64,000 bases of DNA from an uncultured Planctomycetia bacterium (lineage in GTDB: Bacteria > Omnitrophota > Gorgyraeia > VGKH01 > JBHPFN01), in NCBI GenBank assembly GCA_964406665.1, contig CAYOSQ010000001.1:135412-199411 (forward strand). The letters run 5' to 3'. Of the stretch, positions 38,531 to 48,567 are shown piece by piece. A model generated the notes under the pieces. That model searched no databases and was not told the origin of the DNA. It saw nothing but the letters and a program-made list of their open reading frames with translations. The translations under genes and the position numbers were made by a program. The number at the start of each line of letters is the position of its first letter. Position 1 is the stretch's first letter.

Positions 38531-38572
38531 AGGTAAAAAATGGATACCTTTATGTAGCCCAGTCGTTTTTTT
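38515..38572 (+). terminator. Putative riboswitch-controlled terminator overlapping the aptamer 3' end
   Basis: CGGCCGGGTTGC (38515-38526) pairs with GTAGCCCAGTCG (38554-38565), followed by T7. Confidence 0.6.
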
Positions 38573-38646
38573 ATTGAAAATTTCAAAAGGAGAGCTAAAT
38601 AAGCTATAAAAATACATAAAACTCTGAAAGGGTCAGGGGGCAAGTA

Positions 38647-41600
38647 GTGGTTTCTATAAAAAAGTGGGGAAAATTGCGGAACAGATGTATGAGTGTGTTT
38701 ATTGCACTCATTTTTTTATTCAATTCACTTACCCCTGCATATGCCTGGAGGCCAGGTAATCGTGGTGAACAAAGTGCGCTTGAATCTTTCGCGGCCGGAA
38801 GTCTTTCCGGAGGAATATCAGCCCTTACCATAGCTATGAATCCTATTGCTGGTGCACTAAGCAGCATAGCTTCAAATGTAGCCAGTACGGTTGTATATTA
38901 CAATGATTATGACAGCCAGAGCAAGCCTTGGTTTGATCTAAAGCTTTTTATTTTCTGGGGTCCTAAGATAAAAACATTTACCAAGGCGGAAGCAATAGGT
39001 ATGATTGCCGGTATTGTAGTTGGTGCTGCAGCAGGGTTTGTTGATGGAGCCATAACTGGAAATTCTGAAGAAATAGCAGCAGATGCTGCAGCTGATACTG
39101 GTTCTACGGCAGTTGTAGGCACAACCATTGGTTCTGTGGCAACAGCTGCCAGTCAAAGCTTTTTTAATAGCATGCTCAACGTTTTAACCAATATCGGTAA
39201 CTGGGTATGGAAGAATATGATTGTTGCTTCTTATAAGAACGCCAAAGAGATTTTATTAAGCCCAATAAAGACTATCATCAAAATTGTAAAGAACTTCAGT
39301 AAGATCATGCGAAGGTCCTGGGATTTATCTTTGTCTCTAGTGAAATCATTGGCTAAAACTCCAGTTGTTATCGCTAAAAATATTAGTAAAATCGCTAGGT
39401 CTATCTATAAAACTGCTTACAAGACAGCAGAGGTATCTTTGCGTTTAGCAAAGGCGTTTGTCTGGAATATACCTACAGGAATGCTCAAAAATGCATATTC
39501 TATGCTTAAGGCAACTTTTAACACTCTTACATCGGGATCATTCTGGAGCAGGACGTTTAATACTGTAGGCAGTAAGGCAGGAGCTTTGTTTAGAACACTC
39601 AGAGGCGCAGCTTCTTCTGTAGCAAAAAACATCGAACAGCTCTTTACTCAACCACTCAGTATTACCTTAAAGAATATAGGAAGGTGGCTTAAAGAGTTAC
39701 CTGTTAATTCAATTAATAGGATAAAAACGCTGGCTAAAAAAATTGGACAGAGAATAAAAAATGTTTCTCAAGCCACCAGATTTACAAATCCTTATTATCA
39801 ATATGGTGCCTTAGGGATAAAAGGGCTTCCGGCGTTTTTTGTCCAGCTTGCAGCAGACATAACTTCTGCAATGTACAGAGCTGCTTTTCAAGATGCAACT
39901 AAGGAAATTCTTGAGAAAAAACTTGGTCTGGATGAAAGCATTGCAGAGATCGCCGCAACAGAACTGATTAATAAATTTGCCGCTAAAACAATCAATCATA
40001 ATATTCTTAAAGCATTCGGCTCTGCTTTTGGCTGGGGCATAACCGCATACGGTGGTTTCATAACCGGCGAGATGCAAGAGCGTCTAAAATCAATCGAAGA
40101 GCATGGAAACAACGGAATAGAAGTGCAGGGTATAGTCGTCTCAGAAGATTCTTCTAGTCCAGATACATCAACCCAAGCCTATAACATAAAACTCAAACAG
40201 CTTGTTGGCGCAGGTGCTTTATTAAAAGATGGCACCTGGGTAAGACTTAGTGATGTTGAAGATGCCTCAGAGATAGTAGGCATAGCTGTAGCAACCGATC
40301 GAGGTGTTATCTTAATTGAACCTAATGTAAATATCATCAGCGCAGTTCAGGGATACAAGCAGGCTTTTATACAGGTAGCCAGATTATATATGAGTACCAT
40401 ATCTATGCCTGCTTCACTGAATCAACCAAGTCAAGATGGTGCTTTATCTATGTTGGTTAAGATAGGTGTACTAAAGCTCTTAAGTTACGGTAGTGGCCAT
40501 AGGGGATCATTGGGTAAGATCTGGAAGAAAAAGATAGCAGAGTTAATAGGTAAGCTTGCATCAGAATCTGCAGACAGTCCTGTGCCATCAGAGGAGCAAC
40601 TTGCAGCTTCAGATGAAAGTGAAAAAACCGAAGAGTCTCGGGAAGAAGCTGTAGAGGTTGCTAGCGCTGAATCCGGGGCATCAGTCCAAGATCAAGAAAG
40701 CTCCTCTGAAGAATCATCATCAGAAGAATCTGCGTCAACTGGCAGGAGAGAGCTTGTGTTAGAAAGCATTTCTGATTCATTTGATTCAAGTGGTAGATAT
40801 AATCCTCAAGCACATCTTTTGCCTTTTGGTGACCATCCTTATGGCGGCGATGGAGGAGGTTCCGATGAGTCTGACGAATCCGGAGAAGAAGATGATTCTG
40901 TGGTTTCAAGCTTTAGCTTCGAAGGAGAAACATTTACATTTGATGATCTAAAAAAAGTAGGAAAAATTTATAGAAGTGGTAGAAAAACAGGGATTTTTAT
41001 TTCTAATGCTATTAGAAATGGTGGAGGCTTACTTTCAGGCGGTGAAGATGAAGAAAGCATTGAGAGCGACGGCGTTATTTATACCAAGGTTGAAAATAGA
41101 GAAGTTATGATTATAGATTTAGAAACAGGAGAGATTAAGCACTTGACTGGTTCTGTAGGAGTCGTTCTTGTTACCCTTAGCGATGGATCTTCCTATTTTG
41201 CATTAGTGGATTTCGTGCAGTTGAAAAAAGATATTCAGGAGAGAAATAATTTTACTGACAGGGGAACTGAAATTTTAGCTTTTCTTCCACAGCCACTAGA
41301 AGAAATAAAGCCCCTACCCCCAAAGGAAGAAGAACAAGAAGAGCAGCCACAACTTCCCGAGCCAGTACATAAGAGAGAAGTTACTGTGGGAGGATCAGCT
41401 GTAACGGCTGCTTCAGAAGAGAGTTTTGATGAATCTGATGAATGGGGAGAGGTTACGCTGAGGCCTGAACCACAAACTCCTGAAGAAGAGCAGGAAGCAG
41501 AAGATAGAAAGGGCGGAGAGCGATTTAGTGTTGATTTAGCAGATGTCCCCGGAGCAGCGCTAGATGTTGGAGAGGCAGTTGTAAAAGTGCCTTTTGGGGT

Positions 41601-44600
41601 AGTAAAAGGAGTTGGCGGTCTTGCTGGATCTTTGCTTGGTCTTAAGAAAAAAACTCCAGCAGAATTAGCACGTGAGGCTGCAGAAGATGAAATTAAAATA
41701 GGGGAGCAGATTTTAGAGGAATTTAATGATTCAGATTCTGAAATTACTATTTCAGTAGATAATGAAGGAACTTCAGGAAGGTGTGGTGGTGCTTGTAGGC
41801 TTGAGGTTGATGATCCTTATGAAAGACCTTATCCGGAATATGAACATACTGGAAGATGTTTAAAAAGAGCCCTAGGAAGAGACCCTCAAAGAGCTAACCA
41901 GCTTAAAGCAATGATTAAACAGGTTGTTGCTTTAGGCAATGAGCTTATCGGTGATCCTAAGTTTCGTATTAAACATGTTAAGTTTACTGATAAATTTCCT
42001 TCCCATGCCAATTATTATACTAATACAATTTACCTTAATGTTGATGATTTTCTTTTGGGTTCACACAAAATAAAATACGATGAAGAAGGTTGTGCATCTG
42101 GGTTATGTTCTGAAGAAAGTGCTGGGGAACTTACACATCATGAAGCTTCCCATTTTATTGTTGATAGCAATGTTGATTTACAGCTTGATGAAGTTTATGG
42201 AAAACTTCTTGTTATGATGCAGGGTATTCCGGGATTTGCCCTTATGCCAGGTTCTCGACACACAGCACATCATTATTCAAAGACTAATCAAGAAGAATTT
42301 GCTGCAACGGGATTGGAACCGATTGTTAATTCTGGCAAAGGCAGTGCTTTTGCTGATTCAGTCCTAGCTTGGAAGCGTCGCGGTGATCCTAAGGCAGATG
42401 TTGCAGGTAATTTATATGTAAAATTTTCCCAGGATATTGCCGGACTTGAAGCTGATGAACGAGTGACTGCTCTTTATCCTCCGGGCAGTTTTGAATATAA
42501 AACTCCTGATAATTTAGATCATTATGTGCGCGAGGTGCTTTTAGATAAAGGTTTAGCTGAGCTTGTTAGAGAAAATATTTATTATGGATTTCATGCGGCG
42601 ATGCTTCATGCCCCGGATGCATTAATGGCTTCTTTGGAAAAAGTTATAAACGATCCGTCTTTAACAGCAAGTGATGTTCATACAATATTGGTTGGTTTAA
42701 ATGCTATAGATAAAAACTATAATAGTGAAAACTCTGTTGGTTTAAATTTATCGCGCATGTATCCTCATATGTTGCGCTTGATTGCTGATATGCAAAATGC
42801 AGTTAATCAGGGATATCCTAAGGAATCAGTTGGCAAAGTTGCTCCTTTAAGAAATGCTTCAGGAGAAGAGTTAGGCAGGATCGAATTTTCTGATATGGAT
42901 ATGATTAAGGGAAGCCATTTCTTCCAGTGGATGATACAGAATATTCCTAATATGGAAAACGGAATAAATCTGGATATCGCATTAAGCTTGTTGAACTCTC
43001 TCGATCCCGAGGGCGGCAATTCACGCGAGCAGTTGCGCAGCGCTTTAGCAGGGATCGAAATACCTGCTTTTGCTACAAGATTCAATTTGTCTCAATTGAG
43101 CTCTAGCGATCTTCAGCAGATGGACCCTGTTGAATTTATTGCAGGTTTAATCCGCGCCCAGCAATCTATGGATGCATTATCAGCTAATGAAGATTTTGCA
43201 GCAGAATTAGGTGGTAAAAGAATAGTTCTTAAAACTGGAGAGGCAAGAGATCTATTGCATTCTTCTAACGATGCATCTGAGCCGATTTCTATCGGAATTG
43301 ATCTGGCCAAAGATCAAAACCAGCTAGTAGCTGAGGCAATAGCAGGTGCAGGTTTAATCCTTGCGCCGAATCTACTTTTTTCCGATGAATTTAAACAGGT
43401 TCTCTCAGAGAATTCATTTACAGATATTTCTATATTGTTTAATCAAGATGGTAGTTTGGTTCAGCGCGGTGATTCTCAGGAGCTATTTCGAGTTTTAATA
43501 CCTGCATATGTATTGCATGGTGAAGATTTTGTTAATTACATTGAAAGTTATAAGGGTAAAAACCCAGATGCTTATAATACATTGTTGAGAGCCTTCGTTT
43601 TAATTCGTGAGCAAGTTTTTAAAGGGCACACATTTTTGGAAAATGGGGTAGACCCTTTTGCAGGAACCAAGTTAGGAGATATACCTGCAGTAACAGAGTT
43701 TAATTTGCAGAATTGGTTAAATGGTATTTTAAGACAAGAAGGCTCGGGATCATCTTCTTCAGATTCAACAAATATTAAAACTGGCTCACTTAATTTAGAG
43801 AGTAGTCATCAGAGTCGAGAACTTGTATTAGCAAGTGCTATGGATTCATTCAGCATGCAGGATAGATACAATCCTCAGGCACATCTGTTGCCCATGGAGC
43901 CACATCCAGTATCAGCCTCGGGAGAAGAATCTCAAGATCCTGTTGGGTCTATTACTGCAGGAGAATTTGCTCAATTTGGTCATATCTTGCGAAATAAGAT
44001 TTTACCAGACCTACAGTTAAGAGAAGAGTTCTTGCAAGAAGTAGTTAGTGCTCTTGAAACCGGAAATATGCGAATGCTTTCACTAGTGTTTAATACGACT
44101 GCTAACTTCTCTGATGTCTCAGAAATAGTTCATAGGCCAATGATTGAACATATTGCTTCGATGTCATCTTCTCAAGTAGAGAGGCTAGAATTTACTGATC
44201 AGATTATTCAAGGCTTACAGCAGAATAATAGGTTCAGCGCAAAACTAAAACAAGTTATCAGGGATCCGCGATTCGCTAAATCTGCAGATAAGCTTTTAGG
44301 TGTATTGTTTAAGTTTGATCCTGAAACATCCGGTATGATCGCCGCGGAGTTAGGAAATCATTATATCTGGAATTTACTGGATACTAAAGAGCGGCAACAG
44401 CAGCGCGATAGTGTTGATCGTTTTCTTAAAGATTATGGCTGGGAGATAGGCATGTGGGGATATGATCAAGATTTTTTATGGGAACCGAGTTTGACAACTG
44501 GTTCTCTTGACGGCCATAGTAGAAGATGGCTTAGAGTACCAATCAAAAGATCTTTTAATTTCAAAGAAGGAGGTTGGAGTGAAGAAAGTAGTCATGGCGT

Positions 44601-47349
44601 TACAGGAACAACTTGGTCAATTGGTTATCGTAAAGAAGGTTTAAGATTACCAAAAGATAGCCATGGCGAGATCCCTGAAGGATACCACTACTACGAGGTA
44701 GATCCAGATCCAGTTATTAACCACGAATTTTTCACACTTAACTATGCAAAAGGGGTAGCAAGCTTTGGTGTTGGACTTGGAAAACTTAGTCATATTTTCC
44801 GCGGCGGTAGGTACGATCCAGAAATAGGAGAAATTCGAGTTAACAAAACAGTAGGTTTGTTAAGTCTTGGTATTGGCTTCGGAGGTCCAGTTACTTATAA
44901 AGGTACCTATTTGGGACATTTTGGGTTTGAAGCTTATGTTGATAAAAAATTTGGATCTACGCATTCTAGTGCAGGAACAGATGTGGGGGTTGCCCTTGAA
45001 TACGGTTTACCATTAAGTCGGATGATCCCGAGCATCCGTTCTTCAAAACCCAAAACACCTCTTTGGGGACCAGGAACAATGCCAACACAGCCATCCAGTT
45101 CTAGCTCTACTGCTGAAGAGAAAAAGCCAAAAGAAACATCTTTGAATATTTCACCAGAGTTACAAAAACCTGCTGAACAACATGCTTCAACAGGAGGTTC
45201 TGGAATACAAATGGCTTCAGCTTCTCGAGAGCTTGTTTTAGAAGGTATCCCTGATTCTTTCGATTTAAGCGGCAGCTACAATCCTCAAACACATCTTTTG
45301 CCTTTAGAGCCGCATGGAAGAGCATCCGGGGGTGGATTAGATAGCAGGGCTAGAGCTGTAATGGAAAAAAGACAGAGAAGCGTGCAAACAAGAAGGGCAT
45401 ATGAAAAAAAGAGGGCTCAAATAGTGGGCGTAGAAGATACGCCGGATCTTTCTTTTGTAGATCGCAGTAATATATTTTTAGCGAAGATTTATGATAAGAC
45501 AGGTTTGGGCAATGGGAAAGCTAGAGAGATTAGAAATGATGCATATAATAAAGCAGTAGAAATTGGAGATGCTGAATCAGCTGCAGGAATCGCAGAAGAG
45601 CTTGGCGACCAGCTTTCTGGAGAAGATCTTTTTTCTAGAGCCGATATAAGATATGCGCAGGCAGATTCAGTTTTAACCAACCAGGCATCAGTGGACAGCA
45701 TATCCCTTGAAAGAGTTCATGTTAAAGCAGTGCAGATGCATGAGGGTGCTGGTGATGAAGCTCTGAAAGTAGGAGAAGCTGCGCTCGAAGCATTTGATTC
45801 AGCAATAGAAAATAAAGAAGGCCTCCCTGGTGGAAATGCATCATATCATATTAAGGCAGAAGAACATTATGTAAACGCACAAGAATGGATAGAATCAAGT
45901 AGCTTTTTTGATCCAACGGTAATTGCGAGGTTTAGAGAAAAGCAGTCTCAATCAGGGGAAGGTGCAGCCCGCATCCATATGGCAAAGACGTTATTCGAGC
46001 ATAATGAACCGATTGAAGCCCTTAACCATCTTTCTAGGATAACAATAAACGAAGAAAATAGAGACTGGGTGCAACAGGAATTGGATGAGGTTGATGTTCA
46101 TTTAGAAAGTGGAGATATGTTAAGAAAAAATTATCTTTGGAGATCTCGCAAGCTATTTGATTTTGTAATCGGAGGATTAAAAAGCAACAGCCCGTATGTT
46201 GATGTATTATCTAGTTCTTCAGCACCTACAATAGATGAAGATAATAGGCTACGTTTTAACTATTCAGAAAATGACAGCAAGGATCAATGGATCGGTAAAA
46301 CAGCTGTGATTTGGGGAGATGATATAATTGATGGTGGGAATAATTTAATTTCGGCATTTAGAAGAGATGGATTTAATAATTTATTTTATTTTTATGAAAC
46401 ACCTAATCGAAATGAATATTTTTATTCACCTAAAAATCGGTTCCAACAATTGAGACGTCAAAAAGGCATCTTGGCAGATGCTGCCTTAATTCCGTCAACA
46501 ATGCAAGATATTGTTGCTAGAATTTATGCAGATAGAAGTCTTGCTGATAGAGTGGCTTTTGGTCAACATGGAGACAGGAAAGTAGATACCTATTTTCCTT
46601 TTCTTAAATATGGATTCTCTCAGCTTAATCCAGGTAATTACGCTAGATATTATGCTCCTATTAGGGCATTGGTTAGAGGAGAAGCGGAAATTTATAATTG
46701 CTTTTTGGCTTCTGACGGCGTTCCAGTCGCTGATACGCATTATTACAATCGTAGAAATAGTAGGCCTTATACTTCTATGGTGTTAGAGGGTAGATTTGAA
46801 AATAAGAGAAATACATGGAGTAGGCAGTTGAGAAATTGGTTTGCAAAACGTACTCTGCCAGGGCATGTTTTGCGTCTTCCCCCTATGCTTACGAGTCTTG
46901 AAGATAGCACATTAAGAGTTATGGATTACAGAAATTTTTTAAATAGTGAGATTGAACAGATTGAAAGAATTCGAGGAAGCACTCCTCATTATAGAGATTT
47001 GACCTGGGTTACTGGAAATCAATATCCAAAGCTGCGAGCAAGAGACACAGAAGCTAATTTTAGGAATTTTTTACGTAAGCAACCACAGAATTTAGAGCTT
47101 TTCTATAGAATCCTTGAGATATCTGATAGCAGATATTTGACTAAAGAGGTTCAAAGAATTCAAACCCAAGTAGATAGAATAGGAGATGAAGATGATTTAA
47201 TGCAGATGATGAATTATCCAACTGGTCAGAAATTTACTGAGCTTATAAAAGGTGTTCAAAAAGCGCTTGGTGTAGAAGCTGATGGAGTTTTTGTCCCTGG
47301 TGGAGAAACTGATGCTGCCCTTAAGAAGGTTGAAGCGCAGATAAGATAG
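38647..47349 (+). CDS. Giant (2900 aa) secreted multidomain protein of unknown function
   Basis: Uninterrupted ORF; signal peptide ending PAYA|W; Gly-rich hydrophobic helices; three internal repeats; HEASH; C-terminal PG-binding-like motif. Confidence 0.85.
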   Translation: MVSIKKWGKLRNRCMSVFIALIFLFNSLTPAYAWRPGNRGEQSALESFAAGSLSGGISALTIAMNPIAGALSSIASNVASTVVYYNDYDSQSKPWFDLKLFIFWGPKIKTFTKAEAIGMIAGIVVGAAAGFVDGAITGNSEEIAADAAADTGSTAVVGTTIGSVATAASQSFFNSMLNVLTNIGNWVWKNMIVASYKNAKEILLSPIKTIIKIVKNFSKIMRRSWDLSLSLVKSLAKTPVVIAKNISKIARSIYKTAYKTAEVSLRLAKAFVWNIPTGMLKNAYSMLKATFNTLTSGSFWSRTFNTVGSKAGALFRTLRGAASSVAKNIEQLFTQPLSITLKNIGRWLKELPVNSINRIKTLAKKIGQRIKNVSQATRFTNPYYQYGALGIKGLPAFFVQLAADITSAMYRAAFQDATKEILEKKLGLDESIAEIAATELINKFAAKTINHNILKAFGSAFGWGITAYGGFITGEMQERLKSIEEHGNNGIEVQGIVVSEDSSSPDTSTQAYNIKLKQLVGAGALLKDGTWVRLSDVEDASEIVGIAVATDRGVILIEPNVNIISAVQGYKQAFIQVARLYMSTISMPASLNQPSQDGALSMLVKIGVLKLLSYGSGHRGSLGKIWKKKIAELIGKLASESADSPVPSEEQLAASDESEKTEESREEAVEVASAESGASVQDQESSSEESSSEESASTGRRELVLESISDSFDSSGRYNPQAHLLPFGDHPYGGDGGGSDESDESGEEDDSVVSSFSFEGETFTFDDLKKVGKIYRSGRKTGIFISNAIRNGGGLLSGGEDEESIESDGVIYTKVENREVMIIDLETGEIKHLTGSVGVVLVTLSDGSSYFALVDFVQLKKDIQERNNFTDRGTEILAFLPQPLEEIKPLPPKEEEQEEQPQLPEPVHKREVTVGGSAVTAASEESFDESDEWGEVTLRPEPQTPEEEQEAEDRKGGERFSVDLADVPGAALDVGEAVVKVPFGVVKGVGGLAGSLLGLKKKTPAELAREAAEDEIKIGEQILEEFNDSDSEITISVDNEGTSGRCGGACRLEVDDPYERPYPEYEHTGRCLKRALGRDPQRANQLKAMIKQVVALGNELIGDPKFRIKHVKFTDKFPSHANYYTNTIYLNVDDFLLGSHKIKYDEEGCASGLCSEESAGELTHHEASHFIVDSNVDLQLDEVYGKLLVMMQGIPGFALMPGSRHTAHHYSKTNQEEFAATGLEPIVNSGKGSAFADSVLAWKRRGDPKADVAGNLYVKFSQDIAGLEADERVTALYPPGSFEYKTPDNLDHYVREVLLDKGLAELVRENIYYGFHAAMLHAPDALMASLEKVINDPSLTASDVHTILVGLNAIDKNYNSENSVGLNLSRMYPHMLRLIADMQNAVNQGYPKESVGKVAPLRNASGEELGRIEFSDMDMIKGSHFFQWMIQNIPNMENGINLDIALSLLNSLDPEGGNSREQLRSALAGIEIPAFATRFNLSQLSSSDLQQMDPVEFIAGLIRAQQSMDALSANEDFAAELGGKRIVLKTGEARDLLHSSNDASEPISIGIDLAKDQNQLVAEAIAGAGLILAPNLLFSDEFKQVLSENSFTDISILFNQDGSLVQRGDSQELFRVLIPAYVLHGEDFVNYIESYKGKNPDAYNTLLRAFVLIREQVFKGHTFLENGVDPFAGTKLGDIPAVTEFNLQNWLNGILRQEGSGSSSSDSTNIKTGSLNLESSHQSRELVLASAMDSFSMQDRYNPQAHLLPMEPHPVSASGEESQDPVGSITAGEFAQFGHILRNKILPDLQLREEFLQEVVSALETGNMRMLSLVFNTTANFSDVSEIVHRPMIEHIASMSSSQVERLEFTDQIIQGLQQNNRFSAKLKQVIRDPRFAKSADKLLGVLFKFDPETSGMIAAELGNHYIWNLLDTKERQQQRDSVDRFLKDYGWEIGMWGYDQDFLWEPSLTTGSLDGHSRRWLRVPIKRSFNFKEGGWSEESSHGVTGTTWSIGYRKEGLRLPKDSHGEIPEGYHYYEVDPDPVINHEFFTLNYAKGVASFGVGLGKLSHIFRGGRYDPEIGEIRVNKTVGLLSLGIGFGGPVTYKGTYLGHFGFEAYVDKKFGSTHSSAGTDVGVALEYGLPLSRMIPSIRSSKPKTPLWGPGTMPTQPSSSSSTAEEKKPKETSLNISPELQKPAEQHASTGGSGIQMASASRELVLEGIPDSFDLSGSYNPQTHLLPLEPHGRASGGGLDSRARAVMEKRQRSVQTRRAYEKKRAQIVGVEDTPDLSFVDRSNIFLAKIYDKTGLGNGKAREIRNDAYNKAVEIGDAESAAGIAEELGDQLSGEDLFSRADIRYAQADSVLTNQASVDSISLERVHVKAVQMHEGAGDEALKVGEAALEAFDSAIENKEGLPGGNASYHIKAEEHYVNAQEWIESSSFFDPTVIARFREKQSQSGEGAARIHMAKTLFEHNEPIEALNHLSRITINEENRDWVQQELDEVDVHLESGDMLRKNYLWRSRKLFDFVIGGLKSNSPYVDVLSSSSAPTIDEDNRLRFNYSENDSKDQWIGKTAVIWGDDIIDGGNNLISAFRRDGFNNLFYFYETPNRNEYFYSPKNRFQQLRRQKGILADAALIPSTMQDIVARIYADRSLADRVAFGQHGDRKVDTYFPFLKYGFSQLNPGNYARYYAPIRALVRGEAEIYNCFLASDGVPVADTHYYNRRNSRPYTSMVLEGRFENKRNTWSRQLRNWFAKRTLPGHVLRLPPMLTSLEDSTLRVMDYRNFLNSEIEQIERIRGSTPHYRDLTWVTGNQYPKLRARDTEANFRNFLRKQPQNLELFYRILEISDSRYLTKEVQRIQTQVDRIGDEDDLMQMMNYPTGQKFTELIKGVQKALGVEADGVFVPGGETDAALKKVEAQIR
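40747..40839 (+). repeat. Internal peptide repeat, copy 1
   Basis: RELVLESISDSFDSSGRYNPQAHLLPFGDHP. Confidence 0.9.
43816..43908 (+). repeat. Internal peptide repeat, copy 2
   Basis: RELVLASAMDSFSMQDRYNPQAHLLPMEPHP. Confidence 0.9.
45226..45318 (+). repeat. Internal peptide repeat, copy 3
   Basis: RELVLEGIPDSFDLSGSYNPQTHLLPLEPHG. Confidence 0.9.
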
Positions 47350-47580
47350 AGAAGACCGGAGCTGTTAGTTCAAAATTAAAAAACCAAAGATCAATATCAA
47401 AAAAGCGATCGCTTTTGAGAATTTAATTCTAGCTTTTTGTAAAAAAGCTTTAATGTAGCAACCTTCCCAAAACTCATTTTACCTTGCCAAAACCTACCCA
47501 AATAGAGTAGAATAAGTGGATATAACAAGCTCTAATTTAAGAAGATAAGTACCTTTCTTTCAAGTAACAATATAGCAGAT

Positions 47581-48540
47581 ATGTTCAAAGACAAAAAAGT
47601 ATTAGTTGCTGGTGGCGCTGGTTTCGTAGGAGTGAATCTGATTAAAAGACTTCTAGATTTAGGTGCAGATATAACCGCCACGCTGCATAAAAAACCCGCA
47701 GTTTTGCAAGATGACCGCATTTCATATATTTACTGTGATTTAATAAAACCAGAAGATTGTGTTAGGGTAGTTAAAGATATTCAGTTTGTATTTATGTGCG
47801 CTGCTAATACGTCTGGTGCAGCAGTTATGGCTAAGACACCCTTGGTACATGTTACCCCCAATGTTATTATGAATACACTTTTTTTAGATGCTGCTTATCA
47901 GGCAGGGGTAGAGAAGTTTCTGTTTATTAGCAGCAATACTGTTTATCCTTCAACAGATCATCCTGTAAAAGAAGAAGAGATGTTAAGCGGAGATTTATTT
48001 GAGAAATATTTCTGCGTTGGTTGGATGAAGCGTTTTACTGAAATCCTCTGTCAGATGTATACCCAAAAGATTAAAAACCCAATGAAAACAGTAGTTGTGC
48101 GCCCGGCAAATATATTTGGCCTAGGAGATGATTTTCAATGGGAAACATCTCACGTGATTCCGGCATTAATCCGTAAAGCTATCGAGCGACATGACCCTGT
48201 TGAAGTTTGGGGAGATGGGAGCGATATCAAAGATCTAATCTTTATCGAGGATTTTATTGAGGGAATGTTGCTTGCTATGGAGAAGATTGATACGTTCGAC
48301 CCTGTTAACATAGGCACAGGAAAATCTATCAGTATAAAAGAAGCGCTTCAGATAATATTAAAAGTTGCTGGCTATAAAGATGCAAAAATTAAATTTGATA
48401 CTTCTAAGCCAACAATGATACCGAAAAGATTAATTGATGTTTCTAAAGCAAAAAAACAATTGGGGTTTGAGGCAAAAACCTCGTTTGAAGAAGGAATAAA
48501 GAAAACTATTCAGTGGTATAAGGAAAATCCAGCAAAATAG
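47581..48540 (+). CDS. NAD-dependent epimerase/reductase, GDP-L-fucose synthase-like
   Basis: GGAGFVG, HVIPAL, VWGDG; lacks canonical catalytic Tyr. Confidence 0.85.
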   Translation: MFKDKKVLVAGGAGFVGVNLIKRLLDLGADITATLHKKPAVLQDDRISYIYCDLIKPEDCVRVVKDIQFVFMCAANTSGAAVMAKTPLVHVTPNVIMNTLFLDAAYQAGVEKFLFISSNTVYPSTDHPVKEEEMLSGDLFEKYFCVGWMKRFTEILCQMYTQKIKNPMKTVVVRPANIFGLGDDFQWETSHVIPALIRKAIERHDPVEVWGDGSDIKDLIFIEDFIEGMLLAMEKIDTFDPVNIGTGKSISIKEALQIILKVAGYKDAKIKFDTSKPTMIPKRLIDVSKAKKQLGFEAKTSFEEGIKKTIQWYKENPAK

Positions 48541-48567
48541 ATTTAACTTATCAGTAGGAGTAAAAAT

